Below are positions 19,724-31,153 of a DNA stretch of 64,000 nt, one piece after another. Positions within the stretch are counted from its first letter, which is position 1. Each line of letters opens with the position of its first letter. The notes beneath the pieces were generated by a model. It worked only from the letters and a program-made list of their open reading frames with translations. It did no database searches and had not been told where the DNA came from. The stretch lies in the NCBI GenBank assembly GCA_963664815.2, contig CAXXHB010000003.1:2688001-2752000 (forward strand), given 5' to 3'. The DNA is from Spirochaetota bacterium. Lineage in GTDB: Bacteria > Spirochaetota > UBA4802 > UBA5550. The position numbers and the translations under genes are program-made.

Positions 19724-22243
19724 TTATTGATTATTTTTTACTGCCTCTTCCGTTTCAAATATCTTTCTTATCGCATTTGTTAACTGTGATGTTGTCAGAG
19801 GTTTTTTCAGAAGACTGGAGATAAGGTATTCTTCGGCTTTTTTCTCCATCATAATACTTATGTAACCTGAAGTCATTATAACCGGAATGTCAGGGTTTTT
19901 TATTTTTATATTCTCCACAAAATCAAATCCATTCATTTGCGGCATGGCATAGTCAGTGATTATAATATCAAATCCGTCTGGATTGCTGTTAAAGGTATCC
20001 AGTGCTTCCTGACTGTTTTTAAATACAGTGACATTGTATCCCAACCCTTTAAGAATTCTGTAAAATGATTCAACAACAATCTGCTCATCATCGACAAGCA
20101 TAATCCTTTCACTGCCTCCTCTTATAATTATTTCATCAGGCAGCTCAAGAACATTATTGCTTACAGCCGGAATAATAATATTGAACACAGTTCCTTTAGA
20201 GGCTTCAGAATAAACAGTTATTAAACCGTTAAGCTTCCTTACAATGCCGTGCACAACAGAAAGACCAAGCCCGGTTCCCTCCCCCTGAGGTTTTGTTGTA
20301 AAAAACGGTTCGAATATGGAATCTATAATTTCCGGTTTAATACCGCTCCCTGTATCAGCAACGGTGAGCAGTATATGTTCACCACATACAACAGGCGGAT
20401 GAGATTTGGCGTATTCTTTATCAACATAAAAATCTTCAAGACTCACACTGATCTTGCCGGGTTTAATTCCTATTGCATGAACTGCGTTTGTGCAAAGATT
20501 TACCAGCAGCTGATGGAGCTGTGTAGGGTCTGCCATTATTGCCTTTTCACTGAATATTTCAGATTCAATTTCTATTGTTGCGGGAGTGGAAGCTCTCAGC
20601 AGTTTTATTATCTCCTTTATAATCTGCCTCGGTGAAACTACACTGAGTTCAGTTTCCCCTCCCCTGCTGAATATAAGAATCTGGTTAACAAGATCCCTTG
20701 CTCTCACCGCTGCCTTCATGATTTCCTGAATATATTTCTGTGTCTTAACCGGATTACATTCGACATTTAGTGAAAGTTCAGAATAACCGAATATTCCCGA
20801 AAGTATATTATTAAAGTCATGCGCAATACCTCCGGCCATTGTTCCAATTGACTCCATTTTCTGCGCCTGCTGCATCCTCTTTTCAAGTAGAAGCTCATCT
20901 GTAACGTCTCTTCCTATCTCCAGATAACTCCTGATTGAACCTTTCTCATCTTTAATCGATACAACTATAACTGATATAGTTTTCTCATCTCCCTGACCGA
21001 ATATTGCCTTAATGTAACCTGACCATGCAACACCACTGTTTAGTGTTATCCAGATATCATCCGGATCAATTCCGGCTGTGTTTACCAGCAATAGAGGAGT
21101 TCCTATAAGTTCCTTTTCACTTCTCCTTAAAAGTTTCTGGGCTAAGGGATTTGCAAATGTGATCATTCTGTCAATACCAATACCGATAATCATCTCTGTA
21201 GAATTAGCTGTAACATTCTTCATAATTTCAAGCATCCGCTCAACAGGATTGCTTATTCTCTTCGAGAAGATTATAATTGATAAAATAGTTATTACAAGAA
21301 AAATAATTCCTATAATCATCACAGCAAACAGAATTTTATTTACAGGTTTCATAATTTCATCCAGATTCTGTGTAAATACAATATTCCATCCTGTTATACC
21401 TAAAGGTGCATAACCTGCAATTTTCTCGGTACCTCTGAATTTATAACTTACTGCTCCCGCCTCCTTCCTGAGAATTTTATAAAGCAACTCCTCCATTCCA
21501 TGTTCATCATTCATATTTGCTTTTAATATATATTCTTCACTCGGATGAACTATAGTGAGGCCGTTTTTGTCTGTAATAAACGCATAACCTGTTTCTCCTG
21601 TACGGAATACGGATATTCTCCTTTCAATGACTTCAAGCTTATGTGTTGCAGCGACAATTCCGATAAAATTCTTCCCATGATACACAGGTGCGCTGACAAC
21701 GATAATTGGAGTACCGGTATTTTTATCTGAAGCCGGACCCCTTGTCAGAATCGGCCCTGTTACACTGGAATATCCAGACTTTGCATGAATAAAATATTCT
21801 CTGTCTGACAGATCAAGACCCAGCCTTACATCATCAAAAACATCAACCCTGCTTATTCCATCTTTATCAGTTAAAAAAAATGAAATATAGCTGCTTCCTA
21901 CTCTGTTATAAATGAGCTTGAGTTCGTCCTTTGCTTTTTTATAATTACCTGAAGATATTGCGTTTATTAAAACAGAATCAGTTGCAATTGCAGAAACTGT
22001 CTTTAGTTCTTCTGAAAATATTGAATCAATCAGAACCGAAATGTCTTTAGCCACTAAAACTGATTTTTCACGTGTAATTTCTATAAAAAAACCTGAAAGC
22101 TGAATATAAATAATAATCCCGGTTATTAAAAAAGGTATTAATACTGCCGCAATGCCTCCTATTATCATTCTGGTTCTTAATGACATATAACCGGTTATCT
22201 TCATGATTATTTTTTCTAAAAAGTAGGTCATATTATTTAACAA
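19724..22243 (-). CDS. Hybrid sensor histidine kinase (dCache-PAS-HisKA-HATPase-REC)
   Basis: GGIAHDFNN H-box, NLCTNA, DTGSGI, FEPFFTTK, GTGLGL, C-terminal receiver (VDDE...TDYAMP...KP); start may be a few codons downstream. Confidence 0.93.
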   Translation of the reverse strand: MLNNMTYFLEKIIMKITGYMSLRTRMIIGGIAAVLIPFLITGIIIYIQLSGFFIEITREKSVLVAKDISVLIDSIFSEELKTVSAIATDSVLINAISSGNYKKAKDELKLIYNRVGSSYISFFLTDKDGISRVDVFDDVRLGLDLSDREYFIHAKSGYSSVTGPILTRGPASDKNTGTPIIVVSAPVYHGKNFIGIVAATHKLEVIERRISVFRTGETGYAFITDKNGLTIVHPSEEYILKANMNDEHGMEELLYKILRKEAGAVSYKFRGTEKIAGYAPLGITGWNIVFTQNLDEIMKPVNKILFAVMIIGIIFLVITILSIIIFSKRISNPVERMLEIMKNVTANSTEMIIGIGIDRMITFANPLAQKLLRRSEKELIGTPLLLVNTAGIDPDDIWITLNSGVAWSGYIKAIFGQGDEKTISVIVVSIKDEKGSIRSYLEIGRDVTDELLLEKRMQQAQKMESIGTMAGGIAHDFNNILSGIFGYSELSLNVECNPVKTQKYIQEIMKAAVRARDLVNQILIFSRGGETELSVVSPRQIIKEIIKLLRASTPATIEIESEIFSEKAIMADPTQLHQLLVNLCTNAVHAIGIKPGKISVSLEDFYVDKEYAKSHPPVVCGEHILLTVADTGSGIKPEIIDSIFEPFFTTKPQGEGTGLGLSVVHGIVRKLNGLITVYSEASKGTVFNIIIPAVSNNVLELPDEIIIRGGSERIMLVDDEQIVVESFYRILKGLGYNVTVFKNSQEALDTFNSNPDGFDIIITDYAMPQMNGFDFVENIKIKNPDIPVIMTSGYISIMMEKKAEEYLISSLLKKPLTTSQLTNAIRKIFETEEAVKNNQ

Positions 22244-22595
22244 TCTTCAGTTTTACTGCACTATCTGAAAATACCTATATTCTCACATTTAGTCAATTAA
22301 ATCAGCAGAATGCTTAACACCCAACACCCGTGTTGGCATTAAAAAGCTTACAGTGGCATTCTCACTTTCAGCCTTAATAATTAATAATTTTTTATCTGTT
22401 ACTGGCGGATCAGATCAACCTGTTTCTGTATATATTAAATACTTGACCTTATATCCATCCATTAATTTATTAATATAAAATCAATGTATTGTTAATTTTT
22501 ATTATATGAGTAATTAAATATTCCTGATATTATAATTGCATTAAATTAGTTTGTCATTATGTGTGTAAAAAAATACAGTATTTATATAAATTACG

Positions 22596-23438
22596 GTGCA
22601 GGAGATGTATAATTTCAGAAATCTTAAAATACTAATTGATATGGCGCTTTATGAAGATCTTCTTGATAAGGGAGATATAACTTCGGAATCAATTTTCAAT
22701 AATGAAATATATTCATATAAACTCATAGCAAAGGAAAACGGCATACTCTGTGGAATTGATATATTCTATTCGGTGATGAAACATGTAGATGAACGCATTG
22801 TTATAACTAATAACTTCAGCGACAGGAATGTAATAAAACAGGGTGATATTATATCTGATGTTTCCGGGCCGGTAATTTCCATTCTCAAAGCCGAACGTAC
22901 AGCCCTGAATTTTATATCTCATCTTTCCGCAATCGCCACTAAAACCTCCGCTTTTGTAAGAGAAGCTGAAGGGAAAGTAATAATCCTTGATACACGAAAA
23001 ACCCTCCCTGCCTACAGGGAACTTCAGAAATATGCAGTAGAATGCGGCGGCGGCAGCAACCACAGGATGGGACTTTATGATATGATTATGATAAAGGATA
23101 ATCACAGTGACGCAGCCGGCGGAATTACCGCTGCGGTTGAGAAGGTTAAATTAAAGTGGGGTAACAGGTATAAAATAGAAGTTGAAACAAGGAACATAAA
23201 AGAGGTAGAGGAAGCGCTCGAATGCGGTGTTGACAGGATTATGCTTGATAATATGAGCGACAATGATATGAAAAACGCCGTCAATATAATAGGGGACAGA
23301 GCTGAAACTGAAGCTTCCGGGAACATGACTTTAAAAAGGATTAAAGGCGTCTCTCAAACCGGAGTTGACTATATATCATTCGGTGAGCTTACTAATTCAG
23401 TAAAGGCTTTCGATTTCAGCCTTAAAGAAATAAAATAA
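22596..23438 (+). CDS. nadC: Nicotinate-nucleotide pyrophosphorylase (quinolinate phosphoribosyltransferase)
   Basis: AERTALN, DTRKT, NHRMGLYD, IKDNH, IMLDNM, EASG motifs. Confidence 0.97.
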   Translation: MQEMYNFRNLKILIDMALYEDLLDKGDITSESIFNNEIYSYKLIAKENGILCGIDIFYSVMKHVDERIVITNNFSDRNVIKQGDIISDVSGPVISILKAERTALNFISHLSAIATKTSAFVREAEGKVIILDTRKTLPAYRELQKYAVECGGGSNHRMGLYDMIMIKDNHSDAAGGITAAVEKVKLKWGNRYKIEVETRNIKEVEEALECGVDRIMLDNMSDNDMKNAVNIIGDRAETEASGNMTLKRIKGVSQTGVDYISFGELTNSVKAFDFSLKEIK

Positions 23439-23468
23439 AAAAACGTTATTAATCAGAAAGGTAACTTT

Positions 23469-24542
23469 ATGAGCTTTGAAAATTTCAGTGAAAAAATGCT
23501 TACAGATTATATTATCGAAGCTAAAAAAAGACTCGGTTCTAGACTGGTTATCCCGGCGCATCATTATATAAATAAAGACCTGGTGAAACTTGCCGACTTC
23601 ACAGGTGATTCATACAAGCTTGCCGTCGATGTAAGCAGAAGCAGCGCGGAGTTTATTGTATTCTGCGGTGTACGTTTTATGGCTGACGGAGCTAAAGTTC
23701 TGGCAGGTGACAACCAGCATATACTCCACCCGGAGCCTGATGCGGGTTGTCCCATGGCTGAAATGATCGATGAATCTACCGCTGAACGTGCAGTTGAAAA
23801 AATAAGCGGAGTTTGTTCGCGAGGGATAATACCACTTGTTTACATGAATTCATACGCTGATTCAAAGAGTTTCTGCGGCAGAAAAGGTGGTGCAGTCTGC
23901 ACAAGCTCCAACGCTGAGAAGATAGTCCGTCATTACCTCGACCGTGGTCAGAGCCTTTTCTTCTTCCCCGATTATCATCTTGGTCACAATGTTGCACGCA
24001 ATATTTTACTTGATGATTCTCATGTAATAAAAGTCGGCAGAGATTTAACTCTTGAAGATGGGAAGAATTACAGTGAAGGAAAAATGTTTTTATGGGATGG
24101 GTTCTGCCCCATACACCAGGAATTCGATGACTCTGATGTAATCTCGATGAGAAGAACTTATCCCGACGCCACAATTATTGTTCATCCAGAGTCAAAAAAA
24201 AGTGTTGTAACACTTTCTGACATGTCAGGTTCTACTCAGCAGATATATGACAGAATTGCGAAATCCGAAAAGGGATCGGTATGGATTATAGGGACAGAAA
24301 CAACTTTTGTAAAAAGAATAGCTGACACATTCACTGATAAAACAGTTCTCCCTTTGAAGCAATCACCCTGTAAAAACATGGTTAAACTTAATCTCAGGAA
24401 CACAGCCGAAACAATTAAGTCTGTTGAAGATTATGCAGCCGGAAAGGGTTCACTTAAAAATGAAGTTTTTGTCGATTATAAGCTTAAAGAAAACGCTAAG
24501 ATTGCGCTTCAGAGAATGATAGATATAGTTGAAGGAAAATAA
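23469..24542 (+). CDS. nadA: Quinolinate synthase
   Basis: GDSYKLA, FCGVRFMA, AGCPMA, CTSSNA, GFCPIH, VHPE; three Fe-S Cys. Confidence 0.96.
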   Translation: MSFENFSEKMLTDYIIEAKKRLGSRLVIPAHHYINKDLVKLADFTGDSYKLAVDVSRSSAEFIVFCGVRFMADGAKVLAGDNQHILHPEPDAGCPMAEMIDESTAERAVEKISGVCSRGIIPLVYMNSYADSKSFCGRKGGAVCTSSNAEKIVRHYLDRGQSLFFFPDYHLGHNVARNILLDDSHVIKVGRDLTLEDGKNYSEGKMFLWDGFCPIHQEFDDSDVISMRRTYPDATIIVHPESKKSVVTLSDMSGSTQQIYDRIAKSEKGSVWIIGTETTFVKRIADTFTDKTVLPLKQSPCKNMVKLNLRNTAETIKSVEDYAAGKGSLKNEVFVDYKLKENAKIALQRMIDIVEGK

Positions 24543-24577
24543 AAATAGATACCGTCTGCCGGTATCCCTGGAGACAA

Positions 24578-26152
24578 GTGATGAGACACCATTTTGATGC
24601 TGTAGTTGTTGGCACAGGAATTGCAGGATTAACATGTGCCATATACTTAAAAAAAGCCGGACTTGATGTCGTTGTAATGACTAAGGAGAGCCGTATATCC
24701 GATTCAAATACTTTCTACGCCCAGGGGGGTATCATTGCCGCAAAAGATGACGATTCAGCTGTACTGCTTAAACAGGATATACTACAGGCAGGTTGTTCAT
24801 ACAACAGAATAGACGCTGTTGATTATTTCACCAAATACGGCCCTCCCCTTGTTTTTGAATTTCTCGTCAATGAAGTCGGCATTCAGTTCAGTAAATCAAA
24901 AGAAGGAATTATTGATTATACAGAGGAGGCTGCTCACAGTATAAGACGTATTGTCCACTACGAGGATCATACCGGGGATAAAATTGAATACTCCCTCATT
25001 GACCATGCAAAAAAAATGGGAGTAAAGTTTCTGGTTGACTATACAGCTATCGACCTCATCACAAATAATCACCATTCACGTAATACGCAGGAGCTTTACA
25101 GGGAACGTGAAGTTATGGGGATCTACGCCCACAACAACAAGAAAGAAGAGGCTGAAACATTCTTCGCACAGAGCGTTGTTCTTGCAACCGGCGGAATAGG
25201 AAATCTCTATTATCACACATCCAATCCTGTCTCCGCCACGGGAGATGGAATCAGCATGGCACACAGAGCTGGTGCTGATATTATCAACGCTGAATTTGTA
25301 CAGTTCCATCCGACAACTCTTTTCCATAAAGATATTAAAAGATTTCTTATATCGGAATCTCTCAGGGGGGAGGGAGCGCGCCTGAAGGATCATGACGGAA
25401 ATGAGTTCATGTACGAATACTCGGAGATGGGAGACCTTGCACCAAGGGATGTTGTCGCGCGTGCAATATATGACCGAATGTCCAAAACGGGAAAGGAGTA
25501 TATGTTCCTTGATATAGCTAATTATTACAACGGTCGTCTCCCTCTTGAAGAACGTTTTTCCATGATATACTCGACATGTAAAAAAGGCGGAATAGACATA
25601 ACCAGGGAACCTATTCCAATAGTACCGGCAGCACACTATTTCTGCGGAGGTATCAAGACCGATATAAAAGGGAGAAGCTCCCTTAAAAATCTTTACGCCG
25701 TAGGTGAGGCATCATGCACAGGTCTCCATGGGGCAAACCGACTGGCCTCAACATCACTCCTTGAAGGATTGCTGTGGGGTAAATCCGCAGCCGAGGATAT
25801 TATATCAAAACGATATAAAATCAATGGCAGACGCTTCAACAGTATACCGGACTGGGAAAAACCGAATTATACAGAAGAATTTGATCCTCTTTTAATAGAC
25901 CAGGATATGAAAGCAATCCAGCTGACGATGTGGAATTATGCAGGAATAATCAGAACTGTCAAAGGTCTTCGGCGGGCAGAGGCGGACCTCGACTATTACT
26001 CCCACAGGATTATGAGGTTTTATAAAAGCGCCCGACTTCATAAGGATATAATTCAACTCCGTAACGCTGTGGTATGTTCACTTCTTATTGTATCAGCAGC
26101 CCTGCGGAATACAAAATCTGTTGGATGCCATTGCCTGGTGAAACATAAATAA
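24578..26152 (+). CDS. nadB: L-aspartate oxidase
   Basis: GTGIAGL FAD motif, AQGGI, QFHPT, SESLRGEG, LAPRD, GLHGANRLASTSLLE; in an operon with nadC and nadA. Confidence 0.96.
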   Translation: MMRHHFDAVVVGTGIAGLTCAIYLKKAGLDVVVMTKESRISDSNTFYAQGGIIAAKDDDSAVLLKQDILQAGCSYNRIDAVDYFTKYGPPLVFEFLVNEVGIQFSKSKEGIIDYTEEAAHSIRRIVHYEDHTGDKIEYSLIDHAKKMGVKFLVDYTAIDLITNNHHSRNTQELYREREVMGIYAHNNKKEEAETFFAQSVVLATGGIGNLYYHTSNPVSATGDGISMAHRAGADIINAEFVQFHPTTLFHKDIKRFLISESLRGEGARLKDHDGNEFMYEYSEMGDLAPRDVVARAIYDRMSKTGKEYMFLDIANYYNGRLPLEERFSMIYSTCKKGGIDITREPIPIVPAAHYFCGGIKTDIKGRSSLKNLYAVGEASCTGLHGANRLASTSLLEGLLWGKSAAEDIISKRYKINGRRFNSIPDWEKPNYTEEFDPLLIDQDMKAIQLTMWNYAGIIRTVKGLRRAEADLDYYSHRIMRFYKSARLHKDIIQLRNAVVCSLLIVSAALRNTKSVGCHCLVKHK

Positions 26153-26159
26153 ATTTTAG

Positions 26160-27002
26160 ATGAACCGGCCAATATTTATCTGTCCAGCATGTAAATCTCC
26201 ACTGACCCGCGGATTGAAAACATATACCTGTGTTAATAATCATACATATGATGTATCGAAAGAGGGATATGTAAATCTGCTTCTTGCCAATCAGAAACAG
26301 AGCCGCGAACCGGGGGACTCGAAAGAGATGATTAATGCAAGAAAATCATTTCTCAATAAAGGTTATTATAAACCGCTTGCGGATAAAGTAACGTCATCTA
26401 TAAACAGATACTGTGACAAACCCCGCCCGGTTCCATTAACAATCCTTGATGCCGGTTGCGGAGAGGGCTACTATACAGATTTTATCTCCAGAAATATCAT
26501 ATCGGATAATCCACTGTCTGTATATGGACTTGACATATCGCGTGAAGGAATAAAATCCGCCGCGAAAAGAAACAGTGAGATATTCTTTGCTGTTGCCGGG
26601 ATTTATAATATGCCTGTAACTGATCAATCAGTTAACATACTAACAAATATTTTTGCACCGTTTAATGAAGCAGAATTCGGAAGAGTGATTGATGATGACG
26701 GAATTATAATATCCGTCACACCGGGAGCTGATCATCTTTATGAGCTGAAAAAGAATATTTATGATGAAGTATATCTCAACGATGAAGTATTAGAATCAAC
26801 CGGTAAGCTGTATATCTCTGAAACTGAAAGAATCCGGTATGAATTTACTATATCAGCTAATTATGATATTGCCAGTCTTTTAAAGATGACCCCCTATTAT
26901 TATAAAAGCTCTCATGAAAGGATTGAATCCTTTCTTTCATCTGCAGAAGAGATTAAAATTACTGCCGATTTCCTTATAAGAACTTTCAGAAAAATATGTT
27001 AA
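26160..27002 (+). CDS. rlmA: 23S rRNA m1G745/748 methyltransferase-like
   Basis: N-terminal CPAC...C..NH zinc finger, GYVNLL, GDSKEMI.AR, LDAGCGEGYY, MTPY. Confidence 0.88.
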   Translation: MNRPIFICPACKSPLTRGLKTYTCVNNHTYDVSKEGYVNLLLANQKQSREPGDSKEMINARKSFLNKGYYKPLADKVTSSINRYCDKPRPVPLTILDAGCGEGYYTDFISRNIISDNPLSVYGLDISREGIKSAAKRNSEIFFAVAGIYNMPVTDQSVNILTNIFAPFNEAEFGRVIDDDGIIISVTPGADHLYELKKNIYDEVYLNDEVLESTGKLYISETERIRYEFTISANYDIASLLKMTPYYYKSSHERIESFLSSAEEIKITADFLIRTFRKIC

Positions 27003-27160
27003 AAAGCTATAACAGGAAGTACTTATTTAACACAACATCCGGTACAACTGCATAGAGGCTGAATCTTAATTCAAAACAGAATGAAATAAGTAACAAAAAC
27101 CTCTTGCAAAATATTGTATCAAATGTAAAAAATATTCAACTTTAATCTCCGGAGATTTTA

Positions 27161-27961
27161 ATGAAAAAAAAGTTTATTCTGCTGTGGATATTATCATCTG
27201 TTCTGATGATTTCAGTATCTGCGCTTATTATTTATAAAAAGGAAAAATCACTGACAAGTTACGTAAAAGACTACAGCGATACATCCTACAAGATTGAAAG
27301 AGATTTTATAGAAAACATCTCTGTTTACAGGGACTACGTAAAGCCGAATCTTGTAAGCGAACTTCAGATGTTTGATCTTCACGCCCATGCCATTGAGGTA
27401 GCTAAACATGGAATACCACCCCTTAAAAACCTGGATGATATAAATGCAAATATCAGGGATGGAAAGCTTGTTCCTGTTACTACTGAAGGAGATAAACTCT
27501 ACTATTTTCACAATGTCCAGAAGGAATACCGGTATCTGACTCCGCAGGGAAAGGCCGGCCTTGAACTTGTTGCTGAAAGGTTTCAGAATAAACTTCAGTC
27601 GCATAAATCCGGTCTGCCACCGGTTAAACTTGCTGTATCTTCAGTTATTCGTACTGTTGACTATCAGGAGATAATATTCGGAAGAAAATTTGTTTCCACT
27701 CACAGCTACGGCGGATGCTTCGACATTTTTTTTGAAGATTATTACGTACAGCTCCCGGTATCAGGTACATATGGAAAAACAGAGGAAACTATACGGAAGA
27801 TTCTTCACAACCGCATAGGCTATCTTATGGGGGATGCTCTCAGGGAACAGTTCAGATCAGTCCTTATGGAAACTCTCCTTGAGCTTCAGCGGGAGAAAAA
27901 GATATACGCCTTTCTGGAAGATGACAGAAGATGTTATCATATTACAATTTTAATTCAATAA
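27161..27961 (+). CDS. DUF5715-like membrane-anchored protein (putative Zn peptidase)
   Basis: N-terminal TM; YLT, SVIRT..YQ, STHSYGGCFDI and CYHIT motifs (H-x6-D...H). Confidence 0.7.
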   Translation: MKKKFILLWILSSVLMISVSALIIYKKEKSLTSYVKDYSDTSYKIERDFIENISVYRDYVKPNLVSELQMFDLHAHAIEVAKHGIPPLKNLDDINANIRDGKLVPVTTEGDKLYYFHNVQKEYRYLTPQGKAGLELVAERFQNKLQSHKSGLPPVKLAVSSVIRTVDYQEIIFGRKFVSTHSYGGCFDIFFEDYYVQLPVSGTYGKTEETIRKILHNRIGYLMGDALREQFRSVLMETLLELQREKKIYAFLEDDRRCYHITILIQ

Positions 27962-27965
27962 AGAA

Positions 27966-28277
27966 TTAAAAGGCAAAATACTGGAGCATAAACCATGTAG
28001 TTCCAATAGATGCAAAAACGGGAAGAATCAGCCCGCCTGCAAACCATGCAGTAACTGCTGCAGCCGCTATACCGGCAATACCTGCAGCAGGATTGCCGGG
28101 GAATGATATTATTATTCCGGGTAATATCAATGCGCCAAGCGCCGTAACAGGCATATAATCAAGAAATCTTTTAAGATATGATGGAAGATTTTCCCCTATC
28201 GTAAATATGAAAGGAATAACTCTCAGAAGGTAATTAACTCCTCCGCAGGCAATTATTATAATAATGGTATTGCTCAC
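27966..28277 (-). CDS. azlD: Branched-chain amino acid exporter small subunit
   Basis: YLLRVIPF and FLDYMPVTALGALI; directly follows azlC. Confidence 0.9.
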   Translation of the reverse strand: MSNTIIIIIACGGVNYLLRVIPFIFTIGENLPSYLKRFLDYMPVTALGALILPGIIISFPGNPAAGIAGIAAAAVTAWFAGGLILPVFASIGTTWFMLQYFAF

Positions 28278-29014
28278 TACACTGCCTCCACCACAGCCTC
28301 TTTGTCAGAATCTTTATTATCTCTGAAAACCGCAGCAGCAACGGCGGTAACAGCAAGCATTGAAATCACAATAGACCACCCGGCAGAGATATGCCATACG
28401 TAATAAAGAACTGAATTCAATATTCCGGCTGATAAAGATAAAACCGCAGCCCTGTATCCTTTGTGTATTTCAGGAATAAGCAGCGCGATGAAAAGAGCAA
28501 ACAGAGCACCTGACATTGCATCCTGAAGAGAGCGCGGGAGAAATATCCCCAGCGTTACCCCTGAAAGTGTACCTGCCGCCCACCCTGTCCACGAAACAAA
28601 TTGAAGCCCGTACATAAAGAAATTTGAAACTTCCCCCTGCTTCAAAGACGCCACAGAAAATATTTCATCGGTTACTGCAATTGAAATAACCGCCTTATCA
28701 AATTTATTTTTTAAACCGAGTTTCCTGGCCAATGAAGCGCTCATAATAAAATATCGCAGGTTCATCAGCATGACAGACACAACAATCTCACTGATAAACG
28801 CTCCTGATGAGATAAGATTGATAGCCATGAACTGTGCCGCACCTGTAAGATTGGACATGGAGAAGAAAACTGCCTCAAATGGAGTAAGACCGGAAGATAG
28901 TGCTAATATACCGAAAGCAACAGATGCCGTAAAATACCCTATAAATATAGGAACTGCACTCCTGGCTCCCTCGAAAAAATCTTTAACCTTCAATTTATCG
29001 GATTCAGTTTTCAT
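28277..29014 (-). CDS. azlC: Branched-chain amino acid exporter large subunit
   Basis: PIFIGY, GAAQF, NLRYFIMSASL, TDEIF motifs. Confidence 0.93.
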   Translation of the reverse strand: MKTESDKLKVKDFFEGARSAVPIFIGYFTASVAFGILALSSGLTPFEAVFFSMSNLTGAAQFMAINLISSGAFISEIVVSVMLMNLRYFIMSASLARKLGLKNKFDKAVISIAVTDEIFSVASLKQGEVSNFFMYGLQFVSWTGWAAGTLSGVTLGIFLPRSLQDAMSGALFALFIALLIPEIHKGYRAAVLSLSAGILNSVLYYVWHISAGWSIVISMLAVTAVAAAVFRDNKDSDKEAVVEAV

Positions 29015-29408
29015 GGATTCTCATCATAATATTGTTACATGTACTTTTTTTATCTTCTGGCCGGTTATTGTCAAGGGAACTATTTAAAATTTTTTTACAA
29101 CGTTAATTCCATAACATGTTTTTTTAGTATAAATAAACTGTATTTTGAATATAATATAGTTAATCATCTATATAACAATACTATTAACGGAGCACAGAAT
29201 TACAGGTTACACAATAAAAAAATACTCCCTTCTGAAATTATACTATCACAGCCAAAAATTTCCGCTGTCCTGCTTATAATAACTCTCATCGGATTACCAT
29301 TCATCACTCTTTCTGTATTGACAAAGCTTAAAATAATCAATCCGCCTCCAACTTATTTCAGCCTGTTCCCTGGAATGGGAATACTTTTTACAGCAGGGAG
29401 CAGCATTT

Positions 29409-30527
29409 TTATGATAAATAAAATTCCTCTGCAGGATAGTATGGCATCCCGAAAGCTTCTGCCACTGCCGGATATGTAACTTTCCCAAGTATAATATTGG
29501 CACCATGAAGTATTTCCCTGTTTTCTTTCATAGCAATTTTCCATCCTTTATCGGCTATCTGAAGCGCATACGGAAATGTTGCGTTTGTCAGTGCCATAGT
29601 TGATGTTTTTGGAACAGCTCCCGGTATATTAGCCACGCAATAGTGAATAATACCGTCAATTTCATAAACAGGCTCTGTGTGTGTAGTCGCACGGGAAGTT
29701 TCGAAACATCCACCCTGGTCTATTGACACATCAACTATAACGGATCCATGTTTCATCGTTTTAAGCATATCTCTTGTAATCAGCTTTGGAGCTCTTGCTC
29801 CGGGAACAAGTACAGCACCGATAACAATATCCGCACATTGGATATATCTTCTTACCGCTTCTGTGCTGTAAACAAGCGGTATGCAGTTGCCTGGCATTAT
29901 ATCGGAAAGATACCTCAGCCGCTCCAGATTCGAATCAAGGATATACACCATCGCTCCCAACCCGCAGGCCATCTTTGCTGCATTCACACCAACAGTACCG
30001 CCTCCGATTACAAGTACAGTCCCGGGCTCAACCCCCGGGACTCCTCCCAGCAAAATACCGCTTCCTCCATGATGAATTTCGAGATACTCTGCTCCATACT
30101 GGACGGACATTCTGCCTGCAACTTCACTCATTGGTGTAAGCAGCGGAAGTACACCGTTTTCTTTACTTATAGTCTCATACGCTATGCATACTGATTCACT
30201 ATTCACCAGTTTTTCAGTAAGCTGCCGGTCAACCGCAAGATGAAGAAAGGTAAAAATTATCTGACCCTTTCTTATCATCTCATATTCAGAAGGGTGAGGT
30301 TCTTTCACATGCATTACCATGTCTGAAAGGGAATAGATTTCATCCGCGTAACTTATTATATTTCCGCCGGATTTTTCATAATCATCATCAGTAAAGCCGC
30401 TTTTAACTCCGGCTCCTTTTTCAACAAGTACAGTGTGACCATGACGTTTTACAGTCTCCACACCCGAAGGTGTCATGCAAACTCTGTTTTCACCAGTTTT
30501 AATTTCTTTCAGAATTCCGACTATCAT
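29409..30527 (-). CDS. ald: Alanine dehydrogenase
   Basis: [44 protein letters not shown]. Confidence 0.98.
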   Translation of the reverse strand: MIVGILKEIKTGENRVCMTPSGVETVKRHGHTVLVEKGAGVKSGFTDDDYEKSGGNIISYADEIYSLSDMVMHVKEPHPSEYEMIRKGQIIFTFLHLAVDRQLTEKLVNSESVCIAYETISKENGVLPLLTPMSEVAGRMSVQYGAEYLEIHHGGSGILLGGVPGVEPGTVLVIGGGTVGVNAAKMACGLGAMVYILDSNLERLRYLSDIMPGNCIPLVYSTEAVRRYIQCADIVIGAVLVPGARAPKLITRDMLKTMKHGSVIVDVSIDQGGCFETSRATTHTEPVYEIDGIIHYCVANIPGAVPKTSTMALTNATFPYALQIADKGWKIAMKENREILHGANIILGKVTYPAVAEAFGMPYYPAEEFYLS

Positions 30528-30718
30528 AGTTACCTTCCATGGGATAATTATTTCATATTTAATAATAATCTTTTATATTATGTACGGCAATATTTTTTGC
30601 TTTCTTATCAAACGATCTTAATAATATAAATTGATTACATATTAATGATTAACCGGGGTTTTTATTGACATAAAATAAATAAATATTAAACTCTGATATA
30701 TGTTTCCTGAGGTTACAA

Positions 30719-31147
30719 ATGAGCACTGTTACATTCGAATCAATAAAAAAAACAGAGGAAGGGTACAAAATATATTTCACATCCTACCTCCGGAGAGATT
30801 TTGTTGAAAAGTCTGCTGTCATTACAACGAAGAATGATTATAAGGTTGTTTCGATTTATATTTCGTCATATGACTTCGGATCGCTTGAATGGATTAATGG
30901 TATTGGAGTATCTGAATGCCGCAAATGGGAGACAGTTGAACAGGCTGAATCCCGGGGTTACCTGACAAGACGTTATACTGCACGAATTTCAGACGGTTAT
31001 GCGCCTGAGGGTCACGCCGAAAAACTGCTTATCCCGGATGTACTTGAAAGCATTGATAATAAAAAAATTGCCGGCATTTTAAAGTCCATTATAAGAACAA
31101 GGAGATCTGTAAGAAAAATAGACCCGGCAAAGTTCGGACTTGAATAA
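30719..31147 (+). CDS. Hypothetical protein
   Basis: 142-aa ORF with GAGG RBS and a TTGACA/TAAACT-like promoter upstream. Confidence 0.65.
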   Translation: MSTVTFESIKKTEEGYKIYFTSYLRRDFVEKSAVITTKNDYKVVSIYISSYDFGSLEWINGIGVSECRKWETVEQAESRGYLTRRYTARISDGYAPEGHAEKLLIPDVLESIDNKKIAGILKSIIRTRRSVRKIDPAKFGLE

Positions 31148-31153
31148 ATAATT

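Noticed and set aside
29039-29544. ORFs between azlC and ald
   Set aside because: Low-complexity AT-rich frames overlapping the ald 3' end; no motifs.
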